The notes under the pieces: generated by a model | Seen by the model: only the letters and a program-made list of their open reading frames with translations | The model's database searches: none | Told to the model about the DNA's origin: nothing | Part shown: in pieces, positions 30,210-38,161 of the stretch | Position numbering within the stretch: the first letter of the stretch is position 1 | Layout: each line of letters begins with the position of its first letter | Program-made: the position numbers and the translations under genes | Source: Candidatus Planktophila sp. | Lineage (GTDB): Bacteria; Actinomycetota; Actinomycetes; Nanopelagicales; Nanopelagicaceae | NCBI GenBank assembly: GCA_030681675.1 | Contig: JAUXRP010000002.1 | Location: forward strand, 5,178-69,177 | Direction of reading: 5' to 3' | Length of the DNA: 64,000 nucleotides

Positions 30210-31583
30210 ATGGAATTTAATACCATCATCGAGCCATTTAGAATTCACTCAGTAGCATCAATTGCAATGACAACGCAATCGCAGCGGGAAAAATTCATTG
30301 CAGATGTCGGATACAATCTTTTTTCTCTGCACTCCGACGATGTTCTTATTGATTTTCTCACTGATTCGGGCACAGGCGCTATGAGTCGAAATCAATGGGC
30401 AGCCATTCAACGAGGGGATGAGTCATATGCGGGTTCGCCATCGTGGTTAACTTTTAAAGCAGCGGTTCAAAACCTCTTTCCTTACAAACATGTTATCCCG
30501 ACGCACCAAGGACGGGCCGCTGAGAAGATTCTATTCACGGCGATTGGGGGAGCAGGGAAAGTTATTCCGAGTAATACTCACTTTGATACCACGCGCGCAA
30601 ATATTGAGTATTCACAAGCCGAGGCAGTTGACCTAGTTATAGCTGAGGGCCGTGATCCTGCTAACTTGCATCCATTTAAAGGAAACATGGATTTGGTGGC
30701 GCTTGAAGCAGTTATTAACGCGCGAGGAGTTGGAAACATTCCGGTCGTAATGATGACAATAACAAATAATTCAGGTGGTGGCCAACCTGTCTCACTTGAA
30801 AATTTGAAGGCCGTCAGTGCAATGTGTAAAAAATACTCTATCCCTTTCTTTTTGGATGCATGTCGATTCGCTGAAAATGCTTGGTTTATTCGCGAACGTG
30901 AAGTAGGGCAATCAGAACGCCAAGTCGTAGATATTGTGCGCGAAATCGCAGCTTTAGCCAATGGAATGACAATGAGTGCAAAGAAGGATCCTTTAGGCAA
31001 CATCGGGGGCTGGCTCGCACTCAACGATGATGGACTTGCAGCAATATGCCGAAACCTTCTCATTTTGACTGAGGGTTTTCCAACTTACGGCGGTCTGGCT
31101 GGGCGTGATTTAGAGGCGTTAGCGGTTGGTCTTAGTGAAGTTGTCTCACATGATTATTTGAAGTATCGAATCAGATCAACGGCCTATCTTGGAAATGCCC
31201 TTGCCCAGATGGGAATTCCAGTTGTGCAACCAATCGGAGGTCATGCGGTTTACATCGATGCTAAAGCACTTTTGCCACACATCCCAGCGTTGCAGTATCC
31301 AGGCCAATCACTTGCAATCGAACTCTATAAAATCGGTGGAATTCGTGGATGTGAAATAGGCAGTGTTATGTTCGGGCGAAAACCCGATGGAAGCGAACTC
31401 CCTGCGACCATGGAGCTTGTGCGTTTGGCCATTCCACGACGCACATATACTCAAAGTCACATTGATTACGTAATTGAAGTATGTGAAGAAGTGCTCAAAC
31501 GTGCACCAAGCTTTCACGGTTACAGGATTACACAAGAGCCAGCTTCCCTGCGGCACTTCACATCGGAGTTTGCACCTCTTTGA
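30210..31583 (+). CDS. tnaA: Tryptophanase (PLP-dependent beta-eliminating lyase)
   Basis: EPFRIH, IDFLTDSGT, PTHQGR, SAKKD (PLP lysine). Specificity residues are TnaA-like rather than tyrosine phenol-lyase-like: HFDTT (Asp), EIGS (Ile, not Arg), LRHFT (His). Confidence 0.88.
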   Translation: MEFNTIIEPFRIHSVASIAMTTQSQREKFIADVGYNLFSLHSDDVLIDFLTDSGTGAMSRNQWAAIQRGDESYAGSPSWLTFKAAVQNLFPYKHVIPTHQGRAAEKILFTAIGGAGKVIPSNTHFDTTRANIEYSQAEAVDLVIAEGRDPANLHPFKGNMDLVALEAVINARGVGNIPVVMMTITNNSGGGQPVSLENLKAVSAMCKKYSIPFFLDACRFAENAWFIREREVGQSERQVVDIVREIAALANGMTMSAKKDPLGNIGGWLALNDDGLAAICRNLLILTEGFPTYGGLAGRDLEALAVGLSEVVSHDYLKYRIRSTAYLGNALAQMGIPVVQPIGGHAVYIDAKALLPHIPALQYPGQSLAIELYKIGGIRGCEIGSVMFGRKPDGSELPATMELVRLAIPRRTYTQSHIDYVIEVCEEVLKRAPSFHGYRITQEPASLRHFTSEFAPL

Positions 31584-31614
31584 GGTTTATTAACCCTGGA
31601 AAAAGGATTTGAAG

Positions 31615-31686
31615 TGGACCGTACTGGGATCGAACCAGTGACCCCCACAATGTCAATGTGGTGCTCTACCGCTGAGCCAACGATCC
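31615..31686 (-). tRNA. tRNA-Val(GAC)
   Basis: GGATCGT/ACGGTCC acceptor stem, anticodon arm CCACA-TTGACAT-TGTGG, T-loop TTCGATC. CCA not encoded. Confidence 0.97.
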
Positions 31687-31696
31687 TTGCTGGGAA

Positions 31697-31702
31697 ATCA
31701 TA
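31697..31702 (-). promoter_or_regulatory. Candidate -10 element (TATGAT) for stand-alone tRNA-Val transcription
   Basis: TATGAT ends 10 nt before tRNA position 1. Confidence 0.45.
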
Positions 31703-31719
31703 CCCCAGGAAAATTAATG

Positions 31720-32073
31720 TTATCGGCGCCCGAAATCATCTTCGATTCGTTCAATATCATCTTCACCAAAGTAGGTGCCGGTTTGAACTTCAATGAAGAT
31801 AACTTCTCTATCGCTGACATTGCTCACTCGATGGAGATCTCCGATTTTCACAGTGACGCTATCTCCTGCCGAATGGTGAGTGATCACTCCATTTAGCGTT
31901 ACTTCAGCTTTGCCTTGCACGAAATACCATTGTTCGGCACGTTTCTCATGGCGTTGGTAAGAGAGTCTTTTCCCTGGCGAGACCCAGATGCACTTGACCT
32001 TGAATTGGGCATGCTCTTGCAGGATTTCGTAACGCCCCCATGGGCGAGTCGATTTCTCTAATTCCTGGGTCAT
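31720..32073 (-). CDS. Stand-alone cupin, mannose-6-phosphate isomerase type II C-terminal-like
   Basis: RPWGRY, LSYQRHEKRAEQW, HRVSN, IEVQTGTYFGEDDIERIEDDFGR. AAGGAAGAGG RBS before ATG 32073. Confidence 0.88.
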   Translation of the reverse strand: MTQELEKSTRPWGRYEILQEHAQFKVKCIWVSPGKRLSYQRHEKRAEQWYFVQGKAEVTLNGVITHHSAGDSVTVKIGDLHRVSNVSDREVIFIEVQTGTYFGEDDIERIEDDFGRR

Positions 32074-32282
32074 GGTCAAACCTCTTCCTTGAAACTCTTG
32101 AGACACCGCTGCATGCGAGGATTCTCTCAACAATGCTACTGGCTGATACTGGGTTTTTAGCGAGAGAAGTTCAACAGGTTGGAAGCTTCTGAAAGTGGTG
32201 TATTCCGAGTCACTATGTGAAATGAGAACCAACCCTCTCGTCACTTTCACCTCAAACTAAGTCAGTTTATTAGAATTTATGC

Positions 32283-33017
32283 ATGAGTCTTATTAAGGGA
32301 AAATCGCAAATTACAATCGAAAAAACACAGAAATTCGGTCGAACTGGCTACCTTGCGGCAATTCTCACCGCGGCACTTGCCGCTTCGTCCTTGGGGGTGG
32401 CAATCACAACGCCTCCAAGAAGCGGACCATTTGCGGCCCCCGAAAACCTAATTCCTTATCCCTACTCCGGTGCAGGGAAATACGTACCGCGAGATTTCAT
32501 TTGGATGTACCCGGCCCTGTTAATGATGCTTTTCTATGTAATCTTGTTCGTCTGCTTGCAGAGGCGAAGCGTCGGAGCTGGAAGAGTTTACGGGACTGTC
32601 GGATCGACATTGGCAGCGGTGTCCTTCGGAATCATCGGTGTTGATTACTTCATACAGTTACGGACTGTTCAACCCTCACTCTTACGAGGAGAAACTGACG
32701 GGCTTGCGATAATTTCGCAATACAACCCGCATGGGGTGTTTATTGCTCTTGAAGAACTGGGCTTTCTCGTAATGGGAATATCGTTCGGATTCATTGCTTT
32801 CGCGCTAGGTTCTTCAAAACTGGAACGAATATCTCGGCGAGTTTTCTTGATGTCAGCCATTGTCATAGTTGTCGCATTTGTGGGGATGTCGCTCAGCTTC
32901 GGCATGTCTCTCGAGTATCGGTTCGAAGTGACCGCCATCTTCTTCGCGTGGCTAACGCTGATCACTACTGGCGTGCTGCTCGCATTAGATTTTGGGCGAG
33001 AGTCGAAACGTGAATAA
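32283..33017 (+). CDS. Hypothetical integral membrane protein (about 6 TM)
   Basis: 244-aa intact ORF with alternating hydrophobic helices. Motifs TPPRSGPF, PRDFIWMYPA, DYFIQL..VQPSLL.GE, QYNPHGVFIALEE. TAGAAT lies 6 nt before the ATG. Confidence 0.75.
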   Translation: MSLIKGKSQITIEKTQKFGRTGYLAAILTAALAASSLGVAITTPPRSGPFAAPENLIPYPYSGAGKYVPRDFIWMYPALLMMLFYVILFVCLQRRSVGAGRVYGTVGSTLAAVSFGIIGVDYFIQLRTVQPSLLRGETDGLAIISQYNPHGVFIALEELGFLVMGISFGFIAFALGSSKLERISRRVFLMSAIVIVVAFVGMSLSFGMSLEYRFEVTAIFFAWLTLITTGVLLALDFGRESKRE

Positions 33018-33021
33018 CTCC

Positions 33022-33046
33022 GTCCAACCAACGGCTTGAATGGGAC
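33022..33046 (+). other. Possible left half of an integron attC site
   Basis: GTCCAAC (RYYYAAC inverse core) 4 nt after the stop codon, followed by CAACGGCTTGAATGGGAC. The matching right half is absent. Confidence 0.25.
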
Positions 33047-33051
33047 ACACG

Positions 33052-33125
33052 TGGAGGTCGGGACGGGATTTGAACCCGTGTAGAGGGATTTGCAGTCCCT
33101 TGCCTCGCCTCTCGGCCACCCGACC
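33052..33125 (-). tRNA. tRNA-Cys(GCA)
   Basis: GGTCGGG/CCCGACC acceptor stem, U discriminator, encoded CCA, anticodon arm AGGGA-CTGCAAA-TCCCT. Confidence 0.97.
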
Positions 33126-33154
33126 AATTACTCATCGCCGTGGCGACTTACCAG

Positions 33155-33227
33155 AGCGGACGACCGGGTTCGAACCGGCGACCTGAACCTTGGCAAGGTT
33201 CCGCGCTACCAACTGCGCTACGTCCGC
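33155..33227 (-). tRNA. tRNA-Gly(GCC)
   Basis: GCGGACG/CGTCCGC acceptor stem, anticodon arm GAACC-TTGCCAA-GGTTC, T-loop TTCGAAC. Confidence 0.97.
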
Positions 33228-33237
33228 GAGGTAACAA

Positions 33238-33267
33238 AATCTATCGTAGGTAAGCCGTAAGCGCCAA
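33238..33267 (-). promoter_or_regulatory. Housekeeping sigma-type promoter for tRNA-Gly-Cys
   Basis: TTGGCG-N18-TAGATT, ending 10 nt upstream of tRNA-Gly. Confidence 0.6.
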
Positions 33268-33296
33268 AATCAATCCCACATAGGTAGCGTGTGCTC

Positions 33297-34286
33297 ATGA
33301 GTCAGGACGAAGCTATGTTTTGGATGGGAGGCCGATCTGCAACCGGTTTGACCGAGATAACCCATGATCCTTCAGATTTAGATGATGGTGGTTTTTGGGC
33401 GGTTTCAACAACCTTTGAAGGCGCTTTTACTGCAGCGCGATTTGAGAGCGTGACACCTGCACCGTTTCCAAAAGTTACATGGAAAAAACTGGAGGGCCAG
33501 TGGCATTCATCGCGAAGTAAATCGGGCTACATCGAATACGTGGAGTCAATTCAAACTCTTATTGCTCAGGGATGGGTGTATCAAGTAAATGCCTGCAGAG
33601 AGTTATCAACGCCCTTTGATGAATCTCGTAACTTGCGTGGTCTTTTTTCATCGATTCTTATCGACAATCCTGCACCGTGGGCCTCATATTTTGAAACCCC
33701 TGGAATTAATATCGCATCGGCTTCGCCAGAATTATTTTTAAAACGAAATGGAAATCGAGTGCGGACTTCGCCGATTAAAGGAACTCAACTTCCTGGTCAA
33801 TCTCACTTTGGCGCGAAAGATATCGCTGAAAATGTCATGATCGTTGATTTAATGCGCAATGATTTCGGAGCAATCTGTCAAGGTGGCACGGTCACGGTTC
33901 CAAGACTTTTGGCATCAGAGCCACATCCTGGGTTAGTACATTTAGTCTCAGATATTGAGGGCGAACTTAGAGATGGAATTTCTTGGAGCGAGATTTTTGC
34001 GGCGCTGCAACCTGCTGGATCAATTAGCGGTGCCCCTAAGTCATCGGCGGTTTCAGTGATAACCGAGAATGAAATCGCTCGCGGCCCTTACTGCGGGGCT
34101 CTAGGGTGGGTTCAAGGCGATGCATGTGAACTCTCAGTCGCAATTCGAATCTTCTTTAAAGATAGCGCGTTGCGTTTTGGAACAGGAGCGGGAATTACAT
34201 GGGGGAGCATCCCAAGTGATGAGTGGGAAGAGACCGAATTGAAAGCGCGCCGACTCATTTCAATCGCTGGTGGAACCTTGTCATGA
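33297..34286 (+). CDS. Chorismate-binding enzyme (aminodeoxychorismate synthase component I / TrpE-like)
   Basis: VYQVNACR, SASPELFL, SPIKGT, AENVMIVDLMRND, GSISGAPK, RGPYCGA, GAGIT. ATG 33297 lies 6 nt after TAGCGT. Confidence 0.88.
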   Translation: MSQDEAMFWMGGRSATGLTEITHDPSDLDDGGFWAVSTTFEGAFTAARFESVTPAPFPKVTWKKLEGQWHSSRSKSGYIEYVESIQTLIAQGWVYQVNACRELSTPFDESRNLRGLFSSILIDNPAPWASYFETPGINIASASPELFLKRNGNRVRTSPIKGTQLPGQSHFGAKDIAENVMIVDLMRNDFGAICQGGTVTVPRLLASEPHPGLVHLVSDIEGELRDGISWSEIFAALQPAGSISGAPKSSAVSVITENEIARGPYCGALGWVQGDACELSVAIRIFFKDSALRFGTGAGITWGSIPSDEWEETELKARRLISIAGGTLS

Positions 34287-35041
34287 AGATCTCATTTAAC
34301 GGGGCTTTACTTGATATTGAAACTACACCATGTACTCCAACAGGATGGCTGCAGGGTAATGGATTATTTGAAACTTTACGTACAGTAGATGGTGTTGTCT
34401 ATGCATACTCTCGCCATATTGCGCGCGCAATAAAGAGTGCTCAGATTGCCCAGATAAACTTGCCTGATCTTGAACTTGTTGAACAAGCGGTAGCACAGGT
34501 GCTTGGAGCCGAACCACACCCTGATGGTTTATTGCGAATCTCTTTTGGCTCCAATGATCAGTGGGCCGTTGTTCATCTGCCGTATCACTCACACAATAAG
34601 CCGGCTAGGGTGCGTATTCACCCCGATGCACTTGCACCCGATAGCCAGATGATTAAACGCTATCCATATGAACATCGCTTGGCGATTTTAGAAGAGGCAA
34701 AGCTCGTAGGTTTTGATGACGCGATAGTGTGTAACACCGATGGAAATATTTGTGAAGGCGCGGTCTCAAATGTGATGATGAATATCAATGACCGTTGGGT
34801 GACGCCGCCCACTAGTGATGGAACTTTGCCCGGCATCATGCGAGAGCTCGTTGTTGAGCACTGCGAGGTGAGCGTTGAATCAATTTCTATCTCTCGAATC
34901 GATGAAGTACGAGCGGCGATTTTGCTCAGTAGTCTTCGAATCTCACAGCCAGTGGCATCTATTGATGGTCGCGAATTAGAGGCATCTCAGGCCTTCAGCG
35001 ATAAAATCCGAGCGATGGTCATACTTCATTCGCTAGGCTAA
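34283..35041 (+). CDS. Aminotransferase class IV (aminodeoxychorismate lyase PabC-like)
   Basis: [31 protein letters not shown] overlap with the preceding gene. Confidence 0.85.
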   Translation: MKISFNGALLDIETTPCTPTGWLQGNGLFETLRTVDGVVYAYSRHIARAIKSAQIAQINLPDLELVEQAVAQVLGAEPHPDGLLRISFGSNDQWAVVHLPYHSHNKPARVRIHPDALAPDSQMIKRYPYEHRLAILEEAKLVGFDDAIVCNTDGNICEGAVSNVMMNINDRWVTPPTSDGTLPGIMRELVVEHCEVSVESISISRIDEVRAAILLSSLRISQPVASIDGRELEASQAFSDKIRAMVILHSLG

Positions 35042-35045
35042 GCAC

Positions 35046-37034
35046 ATGTCCTCGATAGAGATCACAGTAGATGGTCAACTGCTCAGCGTTGAGGTCGATA
35101 TTCGCCCAACCCATCTCTTCGCTGATAACAAAGATATTGTTGTTGCGCGCATCAATGGTCAACTACGAGATCTCTGGAGCCAGTTAAATGCTGGAGATAT
35201 CGTTGAGGGTGTTTCGATTTCCTCCCCTGATGGTTTAGCCGTTCTTAGACACTCAACTGCGCATGTAATGGCCCAAGCCGTTCAGGAGCTCTATGCCAAT
35301 ACTCGTCTAGGAATCGGACCACCCATCAAAGATGGCTTCTACTATGACTTTGAACCAGAGGCGAGTTTTAACCCAGATGATTTAGTAAAAATCGAAGCGG
35401 TGATGCGCAAGATCGTCAAAGAAGGTCAGCGTTTTAGGCGGCGAGTGGTTACTGAAACCGAAGCACTTTTTGAGCTTGCTCACGAACCATACAAATGCGA
35501 ACTCATTGGAATTAAAGGTCCCGCAGGTGAAGAAGCCAGTGTTGAAGTCGGCGGCTCCGAATTAACGATATATGACAACTTAGGTCGAGATGGGAATCCA
35601 GTGTGGAGTGATCTATGCAGAGGCCCACACTTATCATCGACAAAGTTAATCCCTGCATTTAAATTAATGCGAAGCGCTGGGGCATATTGGCGTGGCTCGG
35701 AAAAAAATCCGATGTTACAGCGCATTTACGGAACTGCTTGGACTTCTCAGGATGAGCTCAATGCTTACCTAGAGCTTTTGGCAGAGGCTGAAAAGCGCGA
35801 TCATCGCCGACTTGGAGCAGAGTTAGATCTCTTTTCATTTCCCGAAGAGATTGGCTCAGGTTTAGCGGTATTTCATCCAAAGGGCGGAATTATTCGTAGA
35901 GCAATGGAGGATTACTCCCGAAAGCGCCACGAGGATGAGGGATACGAGTTTGTCTACTCACCCCATTTAACAAAGGCCGCGCTCTTTGAAACATCAGGAC
36001 ACCTAGAATGGTATGCCGATGGTATGTACCCACCAATGATTTTAGATGAAGAGTTTCATACCGATGGCACAATCAAACGTGCAGGTCAGCAGTATTACAT
36101 GAAGCCAATGAACTGCCCTTTCCACAATCTAATTTATCGCTCACGTGGTCGCTCGTATCGTGAACTTCCATTGCGTCTTTTTGAATTTGGTACGGTCTAC
36201 CGCTATGAAAAATCTGGAGTTCTCCATGGCATCACACGTGCACGGGGATTTACTCAAGATGATGCGCATATTTATTGCACTAAAGAACAGATGGTTGGTG
36301 AACTGGATTCGCTTCTGACCTTTGTTCTTAACTTACTTCGCGATTATGGTCTCAGTGATTTCTATCTTGAACTCTCCACTAGAAACCCTGAAAAATCAGT
36401 TGGCGACGATAGTGATTGGCTGGAGGCAACCGAGGCACTTCGCGCCGCCGCGACTGCCCAGAAACTTGAACTTGTATTAGATGAGGGTGGAGCGGCTTTT
36501 TACGGACCAAAGATTTCAGTTCAGGCAAAAGATGCAATCGGTCGAACATGGCAGATGTCGACTATCCAAGTTGATTTCCAACTACCGCAACGCTTTGGAC
36601 TTGAGTATGTCACTCCGAATGGCACCCGCCAGCGCCCAGTGATGATCCACCGCGCACTCTTTGGCTCCATTGAACGGTTTTTTGGAGTCTTGACCGAACA
36701 TTATGCAGGGGCTTTTCCGCCATGGCTTGCTCCTGTCCAGGCTATAGGAATTCCAGTGGCCGATGCTTTCGCCGATTATTTAGCAGGAGTCATGTCGGCC
36801 ATGGGCAAAGCTGGAATTCGCACTGAACTCGATAACTCTGATGATCGAATGCAAAAGAAAGTTCGCAATGCCCAATTGCAAAAAATACCCTTCATGGTGA
36901 TCGCGGGCGAAGAAGATCAAGCAGCTGGTGCCGTCTCATTTAGATATCGAAATGGTGAGCAGAAAAATGGAATTCCTATCGCCGATGCAATAGCTGAAAT
37001 CAAAAAAATAATCGACGATCGCACGCAGGTGTAA
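35046..37034 (+). CDS. thrS: Threonyl-tRNA synthetase
   Basis: [46 protein letters not shown]. Confidence 0.97.
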   Translation: MSSIEITVDGQLLSVEVDIRPTHLFADNKDIVVARINGQLRDLWSQLNAGDIVEGVSISSPDGLAVLRHSTAHVMAQAVQELYANTRLGIGPPIKDGFYYDFEPEASFNPDDLVKIEAVMRKIVKEGQRFRRRVVTETEALFELAHEPYKCELIGIKGPAGEEASVEVGGSELTIYDNLGRDGNPVWSDLCRGPHLSSTKLIPAFKLMRSAGAYWRGSEKNPMLQRIYGTAWTSQDELNAYLELLAEAEKRDHRRLGAELDLFSFPEEIGSGLAVFHPKGGIIRRAMEDYSRKRHEDEGYEFVYSPHLTKAALFETSGHLEWYADGMYPPMILDEEFHTDGTIKRAGQQYYMKPMNCPFHNLIYRSRGRSYRELPLRLFEFGTVYRYEKSGVLHGITRARGFTQDDAHIYCTKEQMVGELDSLLTFVLNLLRDYGLSDFYLELSTRNPEKSVGDDSDWLEATEALRAAATAQKLELVLDEGGAAFYGPKISVQAKDAIGRTWQMSTIQVDFQLPQRFGLEYVTPNGTRQRPVMIHRALFGSIERFFGVLTEHYAGAFPPWLAPVQAIGIPVADAFADYLAGVMSAMGKAGIRTELDNSDDRMQKKVRNAQLQKIPFMVIAGEEDQAAGAVSFRYRNGEQKNGIPIADAIAEIKKIIDDRTQV

Positions 37035-37039
37035 TTGAG

Positions 37040-37555
37040 ATGGATGGCTTAGGGATTCCAGATAGTTGGGCACGTTTATGGGCTCCACATCGACTTGATT
37101 ATCTACGTGGTGAAAACCGTCCGCTAGAAGGAAATGGAATTGAATGTCCATTCTGTCGAATTCCAACTTTAAGCAATGAAGATGGTCTAATTGTTCATCG
37201 CGGCGAAACCGCTTACGTGGTCATGAATTTGTATCCATATAACCCGGGCCATCTTTTAATTTGTGCTTATCGACATGTCAGCGATTTAACCGATTTAACT
37301 GACATTGAGCGCGATGAGATTTCAGCGCTCACTGCGCATGCAATGAGGACGGTGCGCATCGTGTCTTCGCCAGCAGGTTTTAATCTTGGCATGAACCAAG
37401 GGGCGATTTCTGGAGCAGGAGTGGCCGATCATATTCATCAGCATCTTGTTCCACGGTGGAGTGGTGATGCCAACTTCATGCCGATCATCGGGCATACGAA
37501 AGTTATCCCGCAGCTTTTAAGCCTTACTCGCGATGAAATCGCAGCCGCGTGGTGA
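37040..37555 (+). CDS. HIT family protein (Ap4A phosphorylase Rv2613c-like)
   Basis: CPFC, NLYPYNPGH, FNLGMNQG, HIHQHLVPRW. Confidence 0.9.
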   Translation: MDGLGIPDSWARLWAPHRLDYLRGENRPLEGNGIECPFCRIPTLSNEDGLIVHRGETAYVVMNLYPYNPGHLLICAYRHVSDLTDLTDIERDEISALTAHAMRTVRIVSSPAGFNLGMNQGAISGAGVADHIHQHLVPRWSGDANFMPIIGHTKVIPQLLSLTRDEIAAAW

Positions 37556-38140
37556 TTACACGTTGAGTTGTTGCACGTAACTTTTTACAATATCTACACC
37601 GAGGGTTTTTTCAATCCAGATTGGTATTGCTGGAAATAAAACCCCGGCAGAAAATGCACCTTCACCCAATGAGGACGTGAGTTCGAGGTACTCATCGCGA
37701 AACTCCTGCACTAATAGTTCATGTTCAGTTTCGCAGGGGCGTTGCGTTGGCGGTACGGTGCTGTAGTCGAGTATCTGCATTGATTCAAGCGAGATAAGTG
37801 CGCAGGGCAATCCAGCCTCATCATGCAAAACTAAATATGGAGTAGCCATAAGATCAAAGACGCGGTTCGCAACCATGACGGCATCCTCGAAATCAGCCTC
37901 CTGGTTTTCTAGATGTGTCACAACAAGAATCCGTGGAGTCTGAAACTCATCATATGCCGACCAGATATCAATCGTTGCCTGGTCAATTCCGGTGGATGGG
38001 TTAACGGCAAAGATTGCACAGTCAATATGCGCCTCAGCGACGTGGGCTACATGTGCGCCCAGTGCTGCGGCAACAGCTGCTGGCTCGGCGCTCTCATGGC
38101 CATAAACTGCGATGGACAGGGATGATGCAGTGGAATTCAC
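37556..38140 (-). CDS. Miniaturised EF-G2-like G-domain protein with degenerate GTPase motifs
   Basis: DCAIFAVNPSTGIDQATIDIW...PRILVVTHLENQEADFED resembles the post-G3/G4 part of actinobacterial EF-G2. It occupies the usual EF-G2 slot between HIT and pgsA. No GKT and no domains II-V. Confidence 0.65.
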   Translation of the reverse strand: MNSTASSLSIAVYGHESAEPAAVAAALGAHVAHVAEAHIDCAIFAVNPSTGIDQATIDIWSAYDEFQTPRILVVTHLENQEADFEDAVMVANRVFDLMATPYLVLHDEAGLPCALISLESMQILDYSTVPPTQRPCETEHELLVQEFRDEYLELTSSLGEGAFSAGVLFPAIPIWIEKTLGVDIVKSYVQQLNV

Positions 38141-38146
38141 CTGCTC

Positions 38147-38156
38147 AGCCTACGAT
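38147..38156. promoter_or_regulatory. Overlapping bidirectional -10 elements (TAGGCT on minus, TACGAT on plus)
   Basis: In AGCCTACGAT, the minus hexamer is 6 nt before GTG 38140 and the plus hexamer is 5 or 8 nt before GTG 38162 / ATG 38165. Confidence 0.55.
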
Positions 38157-38161
38157 GGGAG

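Noticed and set aside
30210-31583. Tyrosine phenol-lyase assignment
   Set aside because: Diagnostic positions (Asp in HFDTT, Ile in EIGS, His in LRHFT) are tryptophanase-type.
31614-31796. 60-aa plus-strand ORF
   Set aside because: It is the antisense reading of tRNA-Val.
31687-33051. attL/attR duplication of a tRNA 3' end flanking the insert
   Set aside because: No second copy of the tRNA-Cys or tRNA-Val 3' sequence was found by eye, so it cannot be called an integrative element.
32669-33127. 152-aa minus-strand ORF
   Set aside because: Starts inside tRNA-Cys and runs antisense to the membrane-protein gene.
35030-35045. T-box or translational operator upstream of thrS
   Set aside because: thrS starts 4 bp after the upstream stop and appears leaderless.
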